Positions 17,784 to 26,677 of a stretch of 64,000 bases of DNA are shown piece by piece; positions within the stretch are counted from its first letter, which is position 1, and each line of letters starts with the position of its first letter. The DNA comes from Candidatus Woesearchaeota archaeon. Lineage in GTDB: Archaea; Nanobdellota; Nanobdellia; Pacearchaeales; GW2011-AR1. The DNA is taken from contig CAZBPV010000003.1 in assembly GCA_964493885.1 (NCBI GenBank), forward strand, positions 7,831 through 71,830. The letters run 5' to 3'. The notes under the pieces are model-generated. The model made no database searches and was not told the origin of the DNA. It was given only the letters and a program-made list of their open reading frames with translations. The translations under genes were made by a program, and so were the position numbers.

Positions 17784-18776
17784 ATGAAATATAAAGAATT
17801 AAAAAAACGTATGCAAAAACAACATTATTCTTTTGTTGGGAATCATTCGGCAGTTCAAATTTGCAGATGGACAAAAAAATCAATTCGTGGAGAGGGGAAT
17901 TGTTACAAGCAACAATTTTATGGGATTCAAAGCCATAGATGTTGTCAAATGACTCCTTGGCTTGGATGTCAAAATCGTTGCCTTCACTGCTGGAGGCCAA
18001 TAGAATTAGACTTTGAGCTTGAAGGAGGAATAGATTCCCCCTCAAAAATAATTAATAAATGCATAGAAGCCCAAAGGAAACTTCTTCTTGGGTTTAAAAT
18101 TCTTCCAGAAACAAAATATAAAACAAAAAGCAAGGCAGATATGAAAAAATGGCAGGAAGCTCAAGAACCAATGCAATTTGCTATTTCATTATCCGGTGAA
18201 CCAACTATCTACCCAAGGATAGGGGAATTGATTGCTGAACTAAGAAAAAGAGGAAAAACAAGCTTTTTAGTTACAAACGGGCTATATCCTGAAAAAATAA
18301 AAGAAATTGCAAGGGAGAAACAACTGCCTACGCAATTATATGTCTCTGTAAATACTCCTAACAAAGAACTTTATGACAAATTTCACAGAAGTTCAGAGAA
18401 AGATGCTTGGAAAAAACTTAATGAAACATTAGAGATTATGCCTAATCTTAAAGGAAAAACAAGAACTATTTTTAGAATGAATTTAATTAGAAAGATAAAC
18501 ATGGATGATAAAAACATAAAAGAATTTGCAGAATTAATCAAAAAATCAAAACCGCTTTTTATTGAACTTAAGGGATATATGAGTGTTGGGTTTGCACGAG
18601 AGAGATTAGGATATGAGATGATGCCAACATCTGAAGAAATGTTGGAATTTGCCAAAAAACTTGAAAAAGAATTAAAAAAAGAAAAATATAGGATTTTAGA
18701 TTCTCATGAATTTTCCAGGGCAATTGTATTGGGAAAGAATAAAAGTGAATTAAAAATTAATAAGACTGAGATTTAA
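17784..18776 (+). CDS. taw1: tRNA 4-demethylwyosine synthase Taw1 (radical SAM, TYW1 homolog)
   Basis: CxxxCxxC (CQNRCLHCW) and blocks closely matching MJ1136: NCYKQQFYGIQSHRC, ISLSGEPTIYP, FIELKGYMSVG. Confidence 0.85.
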   Translation: MKYKELKKRMQKQHYSFVGNHSAVQICRWTKKSIRGEGNCYKQQFYGIQSHRCCQMTPWLGCQNRCLHCWRPIELDFELEGGIDSPSKIINKCIEAQRKLLLGFKILPETKYKTKSKADMKKWQEAQEPMQFAISLSGEPTIYPRIGELIAELRKRGKTSFLVTNGLYPEKIKEIAREKQLPTQLYVSVNTPNKELYDKFHRSSEKDAWKKLNETLEIMPNLKGKTRTIFRMNLIRKINMDDKNIKEFAELIKKSKPLFIELKGYMSVGFARERLGYEMMPTSEEMLEFAKKLEKELKKEKYRILDSHEFSRAIVLGKNKSELKINKTEI

Positions 18777-19047
18777 TTAAAATTGACTCTGCAAAGAATA
18801 TCATCAAAATACCGAAGATAAGAAGAATCAATCCACTTACTAAGAAAATAATAAATTTAGTTATTTCTAATGAAAGAGTATATGCAACAATCGATGAGGC
18901 AATTATTGCAATTCCAAGTCCAGAATTAATTTCTCCGCATAATCTCGCCCATAGATAACTTCTTGTTAAAATGCTTACTAACATTGCAATCAGAATTACG
19001 AGCAATAGAAGATTAATTAAAATAAAATAAATCATTTTACAAGTCAA
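18757..19047 (-). CDS. Hypothetical small membrane protein (3 TM)
   Basis: 96 aa, hydrophobic, no motif. Overlaps the taw1 3' end by 20 nt. Confidence 0.35.
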   Translation of the reverse strand: MTCKMIYFILINLLLLVILIAMLVSILTRSYLWARLCGEINSGLGIAIIASSIVAYTLSLEITKFIIFLVSGLILLIFGILMIFFAESILIKSQSY

Positions 19048-19387
19048 TTACCCCTTCCTTTGTTAAAGCAGCAAATCTTATACCTACTGGAAGATTAATT
19101 AATGCAGATATCAAAGCCATATGCTCTTTTCCATCTCCAGAAGCAATTGATAATGCAACTTCTGTTCCATCAACTTTTCCCTTGAGCTTGTTTGTAAAAT
19201 CTTCCCTTAAATCTTTTATCTTCTTATTTAAATCAACAAGGATAAATTCAAATTTTTTTTGATGAATAAAACCTTTTGAAAAATCATCTCCAAGAATGAT
19301 TATTTTATCCCAATCTCCGTGAGTCATTAATCCTGCAACTTGAGCCCATGTTCCTTTCCCAGAAGACAATAAAGCAATTAATTCCAT
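19037..19387 (-). CDS. Hypothetical protein
   Basis: 116 aa, alpha/beta-looking, no recognised motif. Confidence 0.4.
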   Translation of the reverse strand: MELIALLSSGKGTWAQVAGLMTHGDWDKIIILGDDFSKGFIHQKKFEFILVDLNKKIKDLREDFTNKLKGKVDGTEVALSIASGDGKEHMALISALINLPVGIRFAALTKEGVIDL

Positions 19388-19595
19388 ACCTTGAAACAGA
19401 AATTTCTATATTTAAGAATTGTTGTGTTATATTTAATACAATTCTGTGTTCAAATTAACACAGTCATTTGACAAAGGAGTATTATTTTATAAGATAAAGT
19501 TTAAATAGTGATATTCTGTTGAAACTTTAACCGATTGAACCATATCGCTGAAGTTCATTTTCTGAACACAAGCGCATGATATGGGAGGTACTTAC

Positions 19596-20225
19596 ATGAC
19601 ATTAGAACAAGAATTTCAAAAAGCATTAACTGAGTTACGAAAAGAAAAACAAAGAAAGTTTGATCAGACTGTAGATTTAATTATAAATCTGCAAAAATTT
19701 GATGTAAAAAAAACTCCAATTAATCTAATTGTGAATGTTCCTCATAAAATTAAGGAAAAAAAGATATGTGCATTTCTTGAAGCAGAAAATAAAAAATTTG
19801 ATACAATTGCTCTTGAACAATTTAGAAAGTATGAAGACAAGAAAAAGATAAAGAATCTTGTGAATAAATATGATTTCTTTATTGCCCAGGCAAGTATTAT
19901 GCCCAAGGTTGCTTCAACATTTGGAAGAGTTCTTGGACCGGTGGGAAAAATGCCTTCTCCACAATTAGGTATTATAATGAAGTCTGATGAAAAAACACTA
20001 AATGATATTAAAACAAAAATAGATAACAGCCTTAAAATCAGAGTAAAAGAACCAAGCCTAAAAATTGCAATTGGCAAGCAAAGCATGAGTGATAAAGACA
20101 TAATTGAGAATATAATGGTTGTTTATAACTCGATGCTAAAGGCTTTAACAAGAGATTTAGAAAACATAAAAAATCTAGAAATAAAATTTACTATGACTAA
20201 ACCTAAAAAGATATCAGTAAGATGA
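19596..20225 (+). CDS. rpl1: Ribosomal protein L1 (uL1)
   Basis: FDQTVDLIINL...PHK family signature. Start chosen at the Met preceded by GGAGGT 6 nt upstream; the track ORF starts at 19581. Confidence 0.9.
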   Translation: MTLEQEFQKALTELRKEKQRKFDQTVDLIINLQKFDVKKTPINLIVNVPHKIKEKKICAFLEAENKKFDTIALEQFRKYEDKKKIKNLVNKYDFFIAQASIMPKVASTFGRVLGPVGKMPSPQLGIIMKSDEKTLNDIKTKIDNSLKIRVKEPSLKIAIGKQSMSDKDIIENIMVVYNSMLKALTRDLENIKNLEIKFTMTKPKKISVR

Positions 20226-21043
20226 AAAATAAAAGAGAAAAACCAATTCCAGAATCAAAGATAAAATTAGTTAAAGATTTAGCAGAGCTTATAAAAAAGA
20301 AAAACACTACTTTATTTGCTTCTATAAAAAATCTCCCAGCTTCTCAATTTCAAGAAATTAGCAAAAAATTAAGAGGAAAGGCAATAATAAAAGTTCCTAG
20401 AAAAAATCTTTTTTATAGGGCAATAGATAAATCTGGGGTTGAGAATGCAGAAAAATTAAAAGAACAGTATAAAGAGAGTTATGCGCTATTATTTTCAGAT
20501 TTAGATAGTTATGATCTCGCGCTAGAGTTAGTAAAAAATAAGAGCCCTGCAAAAGCAAAGGCAGGACAAGAGGCTCCAGAAGATATTGTTATACAGGCAG
20601 GACCTACTGATTTACCTCCTGGGCCAGCAATAAGTGAATTGGGTGCAGTAGGATTAAAGATTCAGATAGATAAAGGGAAAATAAGCATTAAAGAATCAAA
20701 AACAATTGTAAGAGCTGGAGAAAAAATCTCATCAGCTGCTGCAGATATTATGGCTAAGTTAGATATCAAACCATTTTCAATTGGATTTGTTCCAGTATCT
20801 TCATTGGATAATAAGGAGAAAAAAATATATTTAAATATAAAAATTGACAGAGAAGAAACTGTCAAAGAATTAACAAATGCCTTTGGAAGAGCTCTGCCTT
20901 TTGCAGTAGGAATTGGGTATGCAAATGAGCAAACGATCTCATTTATTATTGGAAAGGCTGGAATATATGAAAAAGCATTATCAGCATTAATTAATTCAAA
21001 TCAAACTCCTGAAGAAAATAAATCATTGGGAGAGGAAAAATAA
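20222..21043 (+). CDS. rplP0: Ribosomal stalk protein P0 (uL10)
   Basis: The N-terminal L10 domain is followed by an Ala/Glu-rich hinge; the gene overlaps rpl1 (ATGA). Confidence 0.9.
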   Translation: MKNKREKPIPESKIKLVKDLAELIKKKNTTLFASIKNLPASQFQEISKKLRGKAIIKVPRKNLFYRAIDKSGVENAEKLKEQYKESYALLFSDLDSYDLALELVKNKSPAKAKAGQEAPEDIVIQAGPTDLPPGPAISELGAVGLKIQIDKGKISIKESKTIVRAGEKISSAAADIMAKLDIKPFSIGFVPVSSLDNKEKKIYLNIKIDREETVKELTNAFGRALPFAVGIGYANEQTISFIIGKAGIYEKALSALINSNQTPEENKSLGEEK

Positions 21044-21045
21044 AC

Positions 21046-21339
21046 ATGGAATATGTGTATGCTGCACTTTTGTTGCACAAACTTGGAAAAGAAGTTAGTG
21101 AAGAGAATGTGAAAAAAGTAGTTGCGGCTGCTGGAGCAGAGATTGATGAATCAAAAATCAAATCCCTTGTTACCAGTTTGAAAGGCGTAGATATTGCAAA
21201 GGAACTAGAAAGTGCTAGTTTAGTTGCTGCTGCTCCTGCTGGAGGTAGTTCTGGTGGAGCTAAAGTAGAAGAAAAGAGCGAAGAGAAGAAAGAAGAAAAA
21301 GCGCCTGCTGCAGAAGGACTCTCGGCGTTATTTGGTTGA
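21046..21339 (+). CDS. rpl12: Ribosomal stalk protein P1 (L12e)
   Basis: 97 aa with an Ala-rich hinge and acidic tail ending GLSALFG. Confidence 0.9.
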   Translation: MEYVYAALLLHKLGKEVSEENVKKVVAAAGAEIDESKIKSLVTSLKGVDIAKELESASLVAAAPAGGSSGGAKVEEKSEEKKEEKAPAAEGLSALFG

Positions 21340-21380
21340 TTAATTTAAATTTTTGATTCAAGAAATAACCCGGGGCCTTC

Positions 21381-22508
21381 TTAACACTTTTTAGTTGGAA
21401 CTTCATTAACCTTAAGGAAATACCTAATTTTATTATGATTATTATTGGTATTGAAGGCGTCAATTTCTAAAAGTTTTTTAGCAAGATTAACATTGCACAT
21501 CGCTCTTACAAATAGTCTCTTTTCTTTAATGTAAGGAGTAAATCCAAATTTCTTTAAAATTATAGAGTAATGTTTTAAATAGCCAACATCTCCATCATAA
21601 ATTTTAATCCTGGACTGAATTTTTTTTCTATTCTTAGAGGTTAATTCAAATGTCCCATCCCCGCACAAGAGTTTAGATAAATATCCGTAACAAAATGGAA
21701 GAAGGTTGCCTTTCCATCTTTCAGTATCAATAACTTGCCTCATCTTAATTAGAGCAGAGTAGATTAATTCGGATACAACAACATTTCTAAAAATTATTTT
21801 AAATCCATAACCTTTTCCAGCAGTTTTAGATATAGAAAAATAATTTATCTTCATTTTGAACTGCCTCCTAAAATCATTTTTAATCTTTGAAAGTTCTTTA
21901 CTAAAAGAAGGATGATAATCTAATTTAACTGAAAGGCTATCTTTAGATATTCCAAGACTAGATAAAAAACCGATAAACTCTCTTAGTTCCAAGATATTCT
22001 TGTTGCAAAACTCTATCTTATAATTATCTGATTTAGTTCCTTCAGCTTGTATTTGGCCCAATAATTTACCTAAGATATTTGGTTCTATAAACCTCTTTAA
22101 TAATCTTGCTTTAGAAGAACCCCTATCATGGATAGACCCCATCAAGATCCGAGGTATACCCTTAAATATCAGTTCTTCGGCATAAATCTTACTTCCTTTT
22201 TTAGTTGCATAAGGCAAAAAATAAAGCAAATCAATTTTTCCGTTATTAAAGATTTTGTTTGGTCGATTGACTGGTTTAAACTTTTTAAAAGTAGCTTTAA
22301 TCTGTTCCTCCCCTCTAAGATCTAATTGCTTAGCCACAACACTATTTATTGTTATGATATTATTATAGTTTGTGACTAAAAAAGAAGATTTTTTTTCTTT
22401 TTTTAAAATTATCTTTACTAAATCTCCTTTTGAGTAAGGGATATTCTTTCTAATATTTACAGGAATATAAAGCAAAAATTTATTTTTTGTTTTAGAAATC
22501 TTATACAT
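21381..22508 (-). CDS. Free-standing double-motif LAGLIDADG homing-endonuclease-like protein with about 120-aa N-terminal extension
   Basis: Two LAGLIDADG-type blocks. LLGQIQAEGTK...NKNILELREFIGFLSSLGI parallels I-DmoI motif 2 (GLYVAEGDKT...NKNKALLEIVSRWLNNLGV), and LLCGDGTFE parallels I-DmoI motif 1 (LIIGDGGLY). Confidence 0.5.
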   Translation of the reverse strand: MYKISKTKNKFLLYIPVNIRKNIPYSKGDLVKIILKKEKKSSFLVTNYNNIITINSVVAKQLDLRGEEQIKATFKKFKPVNRPNKIFNNGKIDLLYFLPYATKKGSKIYAEELIFKGIPRILMGSIHDRGSSKARLLKRFIEPNILGKLLGQIQAEGTKSDNYKIEFCNKNILELREFIGFLSSLGISKDSLSVKLDYHPSFSKELSKIKNDFRRQFKMKINYFSISKTAGKGYGFKIIFRNVVVSELIYSALIKMRQVIDTERWKGNLLPFCYGYLSKLLCGDGTFELTSKNRKKIQSRIKIYDGDVGYLKHYSIILKKFGFTPYIKEKRLFVRAMCNVNLAKKLLEIDAFNTNNNHNKIRYFLKVNEVPTKKC

Positions 22509-22612
22509 ACTCTCCTTAAGAAATGGAATTATATAAATTATGCTCTATTTGGATAAATATATTAAACTATAACAATTATCTTTTTAATGGCAGTAATCAT
22601 TGATTATTTAAG

Positions 22613-24571
22613 ATGTGGTCACTTTATGAGATAGATAAAACTCCTGATGGCGAGAAACACAGAGTTCTAAAACCTTTGATGTTCTCCAACGGCAAGAGCC
22701 AGGAGGATGTTGTCAAAGAGGTTCTGGATTCGCTGAAAGAGGGACATAAGATTATCTTTATCAAAGGAGTCTGTGGCACTGGAAAAAGTGCAATTGCATT
22801 GAATATAGCACGAAAACTTGGAAAAGCATCTATAATTGTTCCTGGCAAGAGCCTTCAGAATCAATATAAAAGAGATTATGAGGGGAATAAATATCTTCTT
22901 GATAAAGATAACCAAAAATTAAAGATTAGTGTTATAACTGGAAGAAAAAATCATAAATGCAAATTCTTTGAAGAAAATGAAATTTTAGTTCCAAAGGAAA
23001 AAAGAGAAATTAATTCTAATTTAAATGATATTTTTGAATTTGATGCAAAAGAAATAGAAAAAAGAAAAGAAAAAGATAAGAGTGCTGATGTCTGGGATTT
23101 GCCTTGTAAAATAGAAATAAAAGAAAAGAATTGGAAAAAGATAAGAGAGTATCTAAAACAAAACAAAACAATAAATCCTAATAATTTTCAAGACATTAAA
23201 AGTGTTACAAGGGGTTCTATAGCTAGCATATGCCCTTACTGGAGCCCAGTATTACCAGAAAAGTTTGAATTAAAAAACTTTCCAGAATCTAAAAAAAGAA
23301 GTTATACTGGATTAAATAATACGAGATTTATAATCCACCAAGCAAAACCCGGATGCAAATTCTATGAACAATTTAATTCCTATATTGATTCAGATATAAT
23401 GGTGTTTAACTCTTCTAAATATATCCTTGAATCTGCCCTAGGCAGAAAACCTTTGACAGAAATTGAGGTAATTGATGAGTGTGATGAATTTCTTGATAAA
23501 TTCTCCAATCAAAAGATAATAAACTTAGACAGGCTTCAGACAGCAATAATATATGCTATTGGTTTTAGTGAATCATTTGAAAAATCAATTAAAGAATTAT
23601 CTGAGATACTAAAACAAATCAAAAGAGATGATAGGGTAAACGAAGCTATAAACAGCGACGAAGTAATCCCATTAAAAGAAACTGGAATTCTGGATATCTT
23701 AAAGGTTTTTATTAATTCTCCAGAATTTTTAGATGAAATAGATGAAGAAAACTATTTATTTGATGTTGAAGAGACTGCAAAAATCTTTGAGGGATTTTTA
23801 GACGAAAGCTATGTTACATTTAACAAAAAAGATAATCAATTTATTGCCAGCATAGTCACAACAAATCTTGCAAAAAGATTTAAGGAGATGGCAGACAAAA
23901 ACAAGATAATTGTAATGATGTCTGGGACTCTACATTCTGAAAAAGTATTAAAAGATATTTTTGGGATTGAGAAATTTACGATAATTGAGGCTGAAACTAA
24001 AAATCAAGGCAAAATAGAGATATTTCGTACTGGTTTAGAAAATGATTGCAGATATTCTAATTTTTCAAGTGGAAAAGTTTCCAGAGAAAAGTACTTGAAA
24101 GCCTTTGCTAAATGTGTTGAGTGCTCAAAAAAACCCTCACTAATACACATTAATGCTTTTGCAGATTTGCCAACAGAAAAAGAGATTGCAGATTATAAAT
24201 TAGATAATTTAATTAGCAGAGAAAAATTAATTGAGATTCAAGGAAATGATAAAGATGGAAAAGCAATTGAAAAATTCAAAAATAAAGAGATAGATGTTCT
24301 TTTTTCAACAAAAGCTTCCAGGGGAATGGATTTTCCAGGAGAACAGTGCAATAGCATAATATTCACAAAATATCCAAACCCAAATGTAAGGGATGCTTTC
24401 TGGAAAATACTTAATAAAACACGTCCGCAAGATTACTGGAATTTTTACAAAGACAAAGCACGAAGAGAATTATGGCAGAAAATATATCGTGGAGTTCGTT
24501 CAAAAGACGATCATGTATATGTTCTCTCTCCAGACACAAGAGTTCTAGATGCTTTTGAAAATTTGGTTTAA
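22613..24571 (+). CDS. Rad3/XPD/DinG-family SF2 DNA helicase, putative FeS domain
   Basis: Walker A GVCGTGKS, Walker B VIDECDEF, four Cys between them (HKC, LPC, ICPYW, PGCKF), and a C-terminal STKASRGMDFPG...IIFTKYPNP block typical of XPD/DinG. Confidence 0.75.
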   Translation: MWSLYEIDKTPDGEKHRVLKPLMFSNGKSQEDVVKEVLDSLKEGHKIIFIKGVCGTGKSAIALNIARKLGKASIIVPGKSLQNQYKRDYEGNKYLLDKDNQKLKISVITGRKNHKCKFFEENEILVPKEKREINSNLNDIFEFDAKEIEKRKEKDKSADVWDLPCKIEIKEKNWKKIREYLKQNKTINPNNFQDIKSVTRGSIASICPYWSPVLPEKFELKNFPESKKRSYTGLNNTRFIIHQAKPGCKFYEQFNSYIDSDIMVFNSSKYILESALGRKPLTEIEVIDECDEFLDKFSNQKIINLDRLQTAIIYAIGFSESFEKSIKELSEILKQIKRDDRVNEAINSDEVIPLKETGILDILKVFINSPEFLDEIDEENYLFDVEETAKIFEGFLDESYVTFNKKDNQFIASIVTTNLAKRFKEMADKNKIIVMMSGTLHSEKVLKDIFGIEKFTIIEAETKNQGKIEIFRTGLENDCRYSNFSSGKVSREKYLKAFAKCVECSKKPSLIHINAFADLPTEKEIADYKLDNLISREKLIEIQGNDKDGKAIEKFKNKEIDVLFSTKASRGMDFPGEQCNSIIFTKYPNPNVRDAFWKILNKTRPQDYWNFYKDKARRELWQKIYRGVRSKDDHVYVLSPDTRVLDAFENLV

Positions 24572-24580
24572 AGAGGACTA

Positions 24581-24707
24581 CGCCCCCGCCAGGAATCGAA
24601 CCTGGGAGCCCAAAGGGCCCGGTTCTCTTGTTTGACAAAAACTTGACGAGCAAGTTTAAGGCTTGCCTTAACTCAAGACCGGTGCAATACCACTATGCGA
24701 CGGAGGC
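24581..24707 (-). tRNA. tRNA-Ser (anticodon UGA) with about 47-nt intron at canonical position 37/38
   Basis: Acceptor GCCUCCG/CGGGGGC, 3-bp D-stem, anticodon stem CCGGU/ACCGG with loop CU-UGA-G|intron|A, long variable arm GCCCUUUGGGCUC, T-arm CCAGGTTCGATTCCTGG. The intron spans about 24625-24671 and the mature tRNA is 80 nt. Confidence 0.7.
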
Positions 24708-24812
24708 ACAAACACTCTTTTGCTACAAATCCACTCAGTGATTTGCAGGGACTGAGGCACAAACACTCCTTTGCTACAAATCCACTCAGTGATTTGCAGG
24801 GACGGAGGCACA
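24699..24812. repeat. Tandem direct repeat, 51-bp unit x 2.2, beginning inside the 5' end of tRNA-Ser
   Basis: The unit (ga)cggaggcacaaacactcttttgctacaaatccactcagtgatttgcaggga occurs twice, then a partial gacggaggcaca. It shares the core acaaatccacNcagtgatttgca with the 14885 repeat. The first 9 nt of each unit equal the tRNA 5' acceptor region. Confidence 0.85.
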
Positions 24813-24858
24813 TAACTCAATCACTAAGATAAACATAATCAAGAAGTTTTAAACCTTT

Positions 24859-25125
24859 TTATAATCCAAAGAGTCTTCTAAAAAAAGATTTTTTTATAAT
24901 AATTGGCTTGCCATACTCATCAATTATTTCGTACTTAATTTTTGGTTTTTCTTGTAAAATTGGGGCTTTTTCTGCAAGCTCCTTATTTGCCTGTTCTAAA
25001 GCCATCTCAACAGAGATTTTTGAGTAACCTTGGTCAATTAAAGCGAATCTTAAAGAATCTGCAGTATATCCCTTAATTAAATTTCTCTTAAAGTAGTTTA
25101 CTAACTTATTTTTATAATTATCCAT
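24859..25125 (-). CDS. Hypothetical small protein
   Basis: 88 aa, no motif. Confidence 0.4.
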   Translation of the reverse strand: MDNYKNKLVNYFKRNLIKGYTADSLRFALIDQGYSKISVEMALEQANKELAEKAPILQEKPKIKYEIIDEYGKPIIIKKSFFRRLFGL

Positions 25126-25155
25126 TAAATAGAGAAAGATAGAATATTTAAAAAA

Positions 25156-26643
25156 TTAGTTGTGTTGGCTTATAGTAATTGGTTTTATCTTTAAAAAATA
25201 TTTAATTGCTTCATAGAGTCTAGAATTTGACTCAGCATAAAGAGTAATGAGTTTGTCTCCTTTAGAAACCTTAAAATTTTTATGAACATGCAAGTACAAA
25301 CCAGCACGTTTATCTCCTGGAGAACCAGCCACTCTTGCAAGAGAATTAATTTTTTTATTATCAATTTCTCTTATAATTCCTGCTTTTGGGGATAAAATAG
25401 TTTTCTTGAATTCTCCAGGAATTAAATGAGTTATAGAACCTTTCTGAGCCTTGATTATTTCTTTAAATTTATCAAAAGCCTTTCCTGAATAGAGAATTTC
25501 TTTAGCTAATTGAATTCCTTTTCCTTTTTTGGCTTTTCCACACATTTCAAAAATCCTTGCAGACAAAAATAATGCCTTTTTTTCCAAATCCTGGGGACCA
25601 GTCTCATTAGGCTCGAGAATCTTAATTATATCAATCAATTCTAAAACTGGACCAATGCCGTTTCCTATTGGCTGACTTCCATCAGTAATCACTACTTCAA
25701 GTTTCTTCTTAAAATACTTAGCAAGGGCAAGAAATTTTTTCTTTAAATGTTCTGCTTGAGATTTTGAAACCTTTGCAGATTTTCCATAAGGAATATCAAT
25801 AAGAATATAATTACTTCCCATAGCAAGTTTTTTAGACATGATAGATGCTAGTAACTGAGCTTCTGGGTCAATTTTTAATGCTTTCTCTATTTGAATAATT
25901 TTATCATCTGCAGGAACCATTCCTAATGAGCCTCCCCAAACCATACAGGCATTTGTTTTTTGAATAATTTTCTTCAAATCTTTTAAAGAAAATTCAACTT
26001 GTGCAATTGCCTCAATAACATCTGCTGTTCCTGCTGCAGTAGTTATTGCTCTTGAAGATGTTTTAGGGCAAGTGAGTCCAGTAGCAGCACAAATTGAAAC
26101 TACTAATGGAGTTGTTCTGTTTCCTGCAATTCCTCCAATAGAGTGCTTATCAACAATCATCTTTTTATTTAGCTTTAATCTACCTCCGGATTTTAAAATA
26201 GAATCAATCAGGTAAATAGTTTCTTTAAAACTCATGCCATTTTTATACATTCCTGAGATAAATAAAGCAATCTCAGGGTCAGATAGAGAGTTATTCATTA
26301 CATCTTCTATAATCTTCTTAATTTCTTTTTTGGAGAGGGCATTATTATTCAGCTTCTTTTTAATGAAATCTAGGCTGTCTGCTCTTGGAGCTAACTTTAT
26401 TTCAACTTTTTGAGCTTTTCTTAAATTTAATATATGAGTAATTTCTGAAGAAATTGCTATCTGATCCTTATGTATAAAATTTCCTCCAATAGTATCAAGA
26501 ATAGTTGTAAATTCTTTTTCCCCCTGAGTCTTTATAGAAATTCTATCATTTGCTCGAACACCTATTTTAATAGCAGTCTCTTCTCGAATCATAGCAACAG
26601 GGATGCCTGCCTTCCACTTTAGAATTTTAACTTTTAAATCCAT
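25156..26643 (-). CDS. deoA: AMP phosphorylase (thymidine phosphorylase family, archaeal DeoA-type)
   Basis: Pyrimidine-nucleoside phosphorylase signature DKHSIGGIAGNRTTPLV plus the N-terminal extension characteristic of archaeal AMPpase, about 495 aa. Confidence 0.8.
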   Translation of the reverse strand: MDLKVKILKWKAGIPVAMIREETAIKIGVRANDRISIKTQGEKEFTTILDTIGGNFIHKDQIAISSEITHILNLRKAQKVEIKLAPRADSLDFIKKKLNNNALSKKEIKKIIEDVMNNSLSDPEIALFISGMYKNGMSFKETIYLIDSILKSGGRLKLNKKMIVDKHSIGGIAGNRTTPLVVSICAATGLTCPKTSSRAITTAAGTADVIEAIAQVEFSLKDLKKIIQKTNACMVWGGSLGMVPADDKIIQIEKALKIDPEAQLLASIMSKKLAMGSNYILIDIPYGKSAKVSKSQAEHLKKKFLALAKYFKKKLEVVITDGSQPIGNGIGPVLELIDIIKILEPNETGPQDLEKKALFLSARIFEMCGKAKKGKGIQLAKEILYSGKAFDKFKEIIKAQKGSITHLIPGEFKKTILSPKAGIIREIDNKKINSLARVAGSPGDKRAGLYLHVHKNFKVSKGDKLITLYAESNSRLYEAIKYFLKIKPITISQHN

Positions 26644-26677
26644 TTTTCACCTCTAAGAAAAAATAAGAAAATATATT

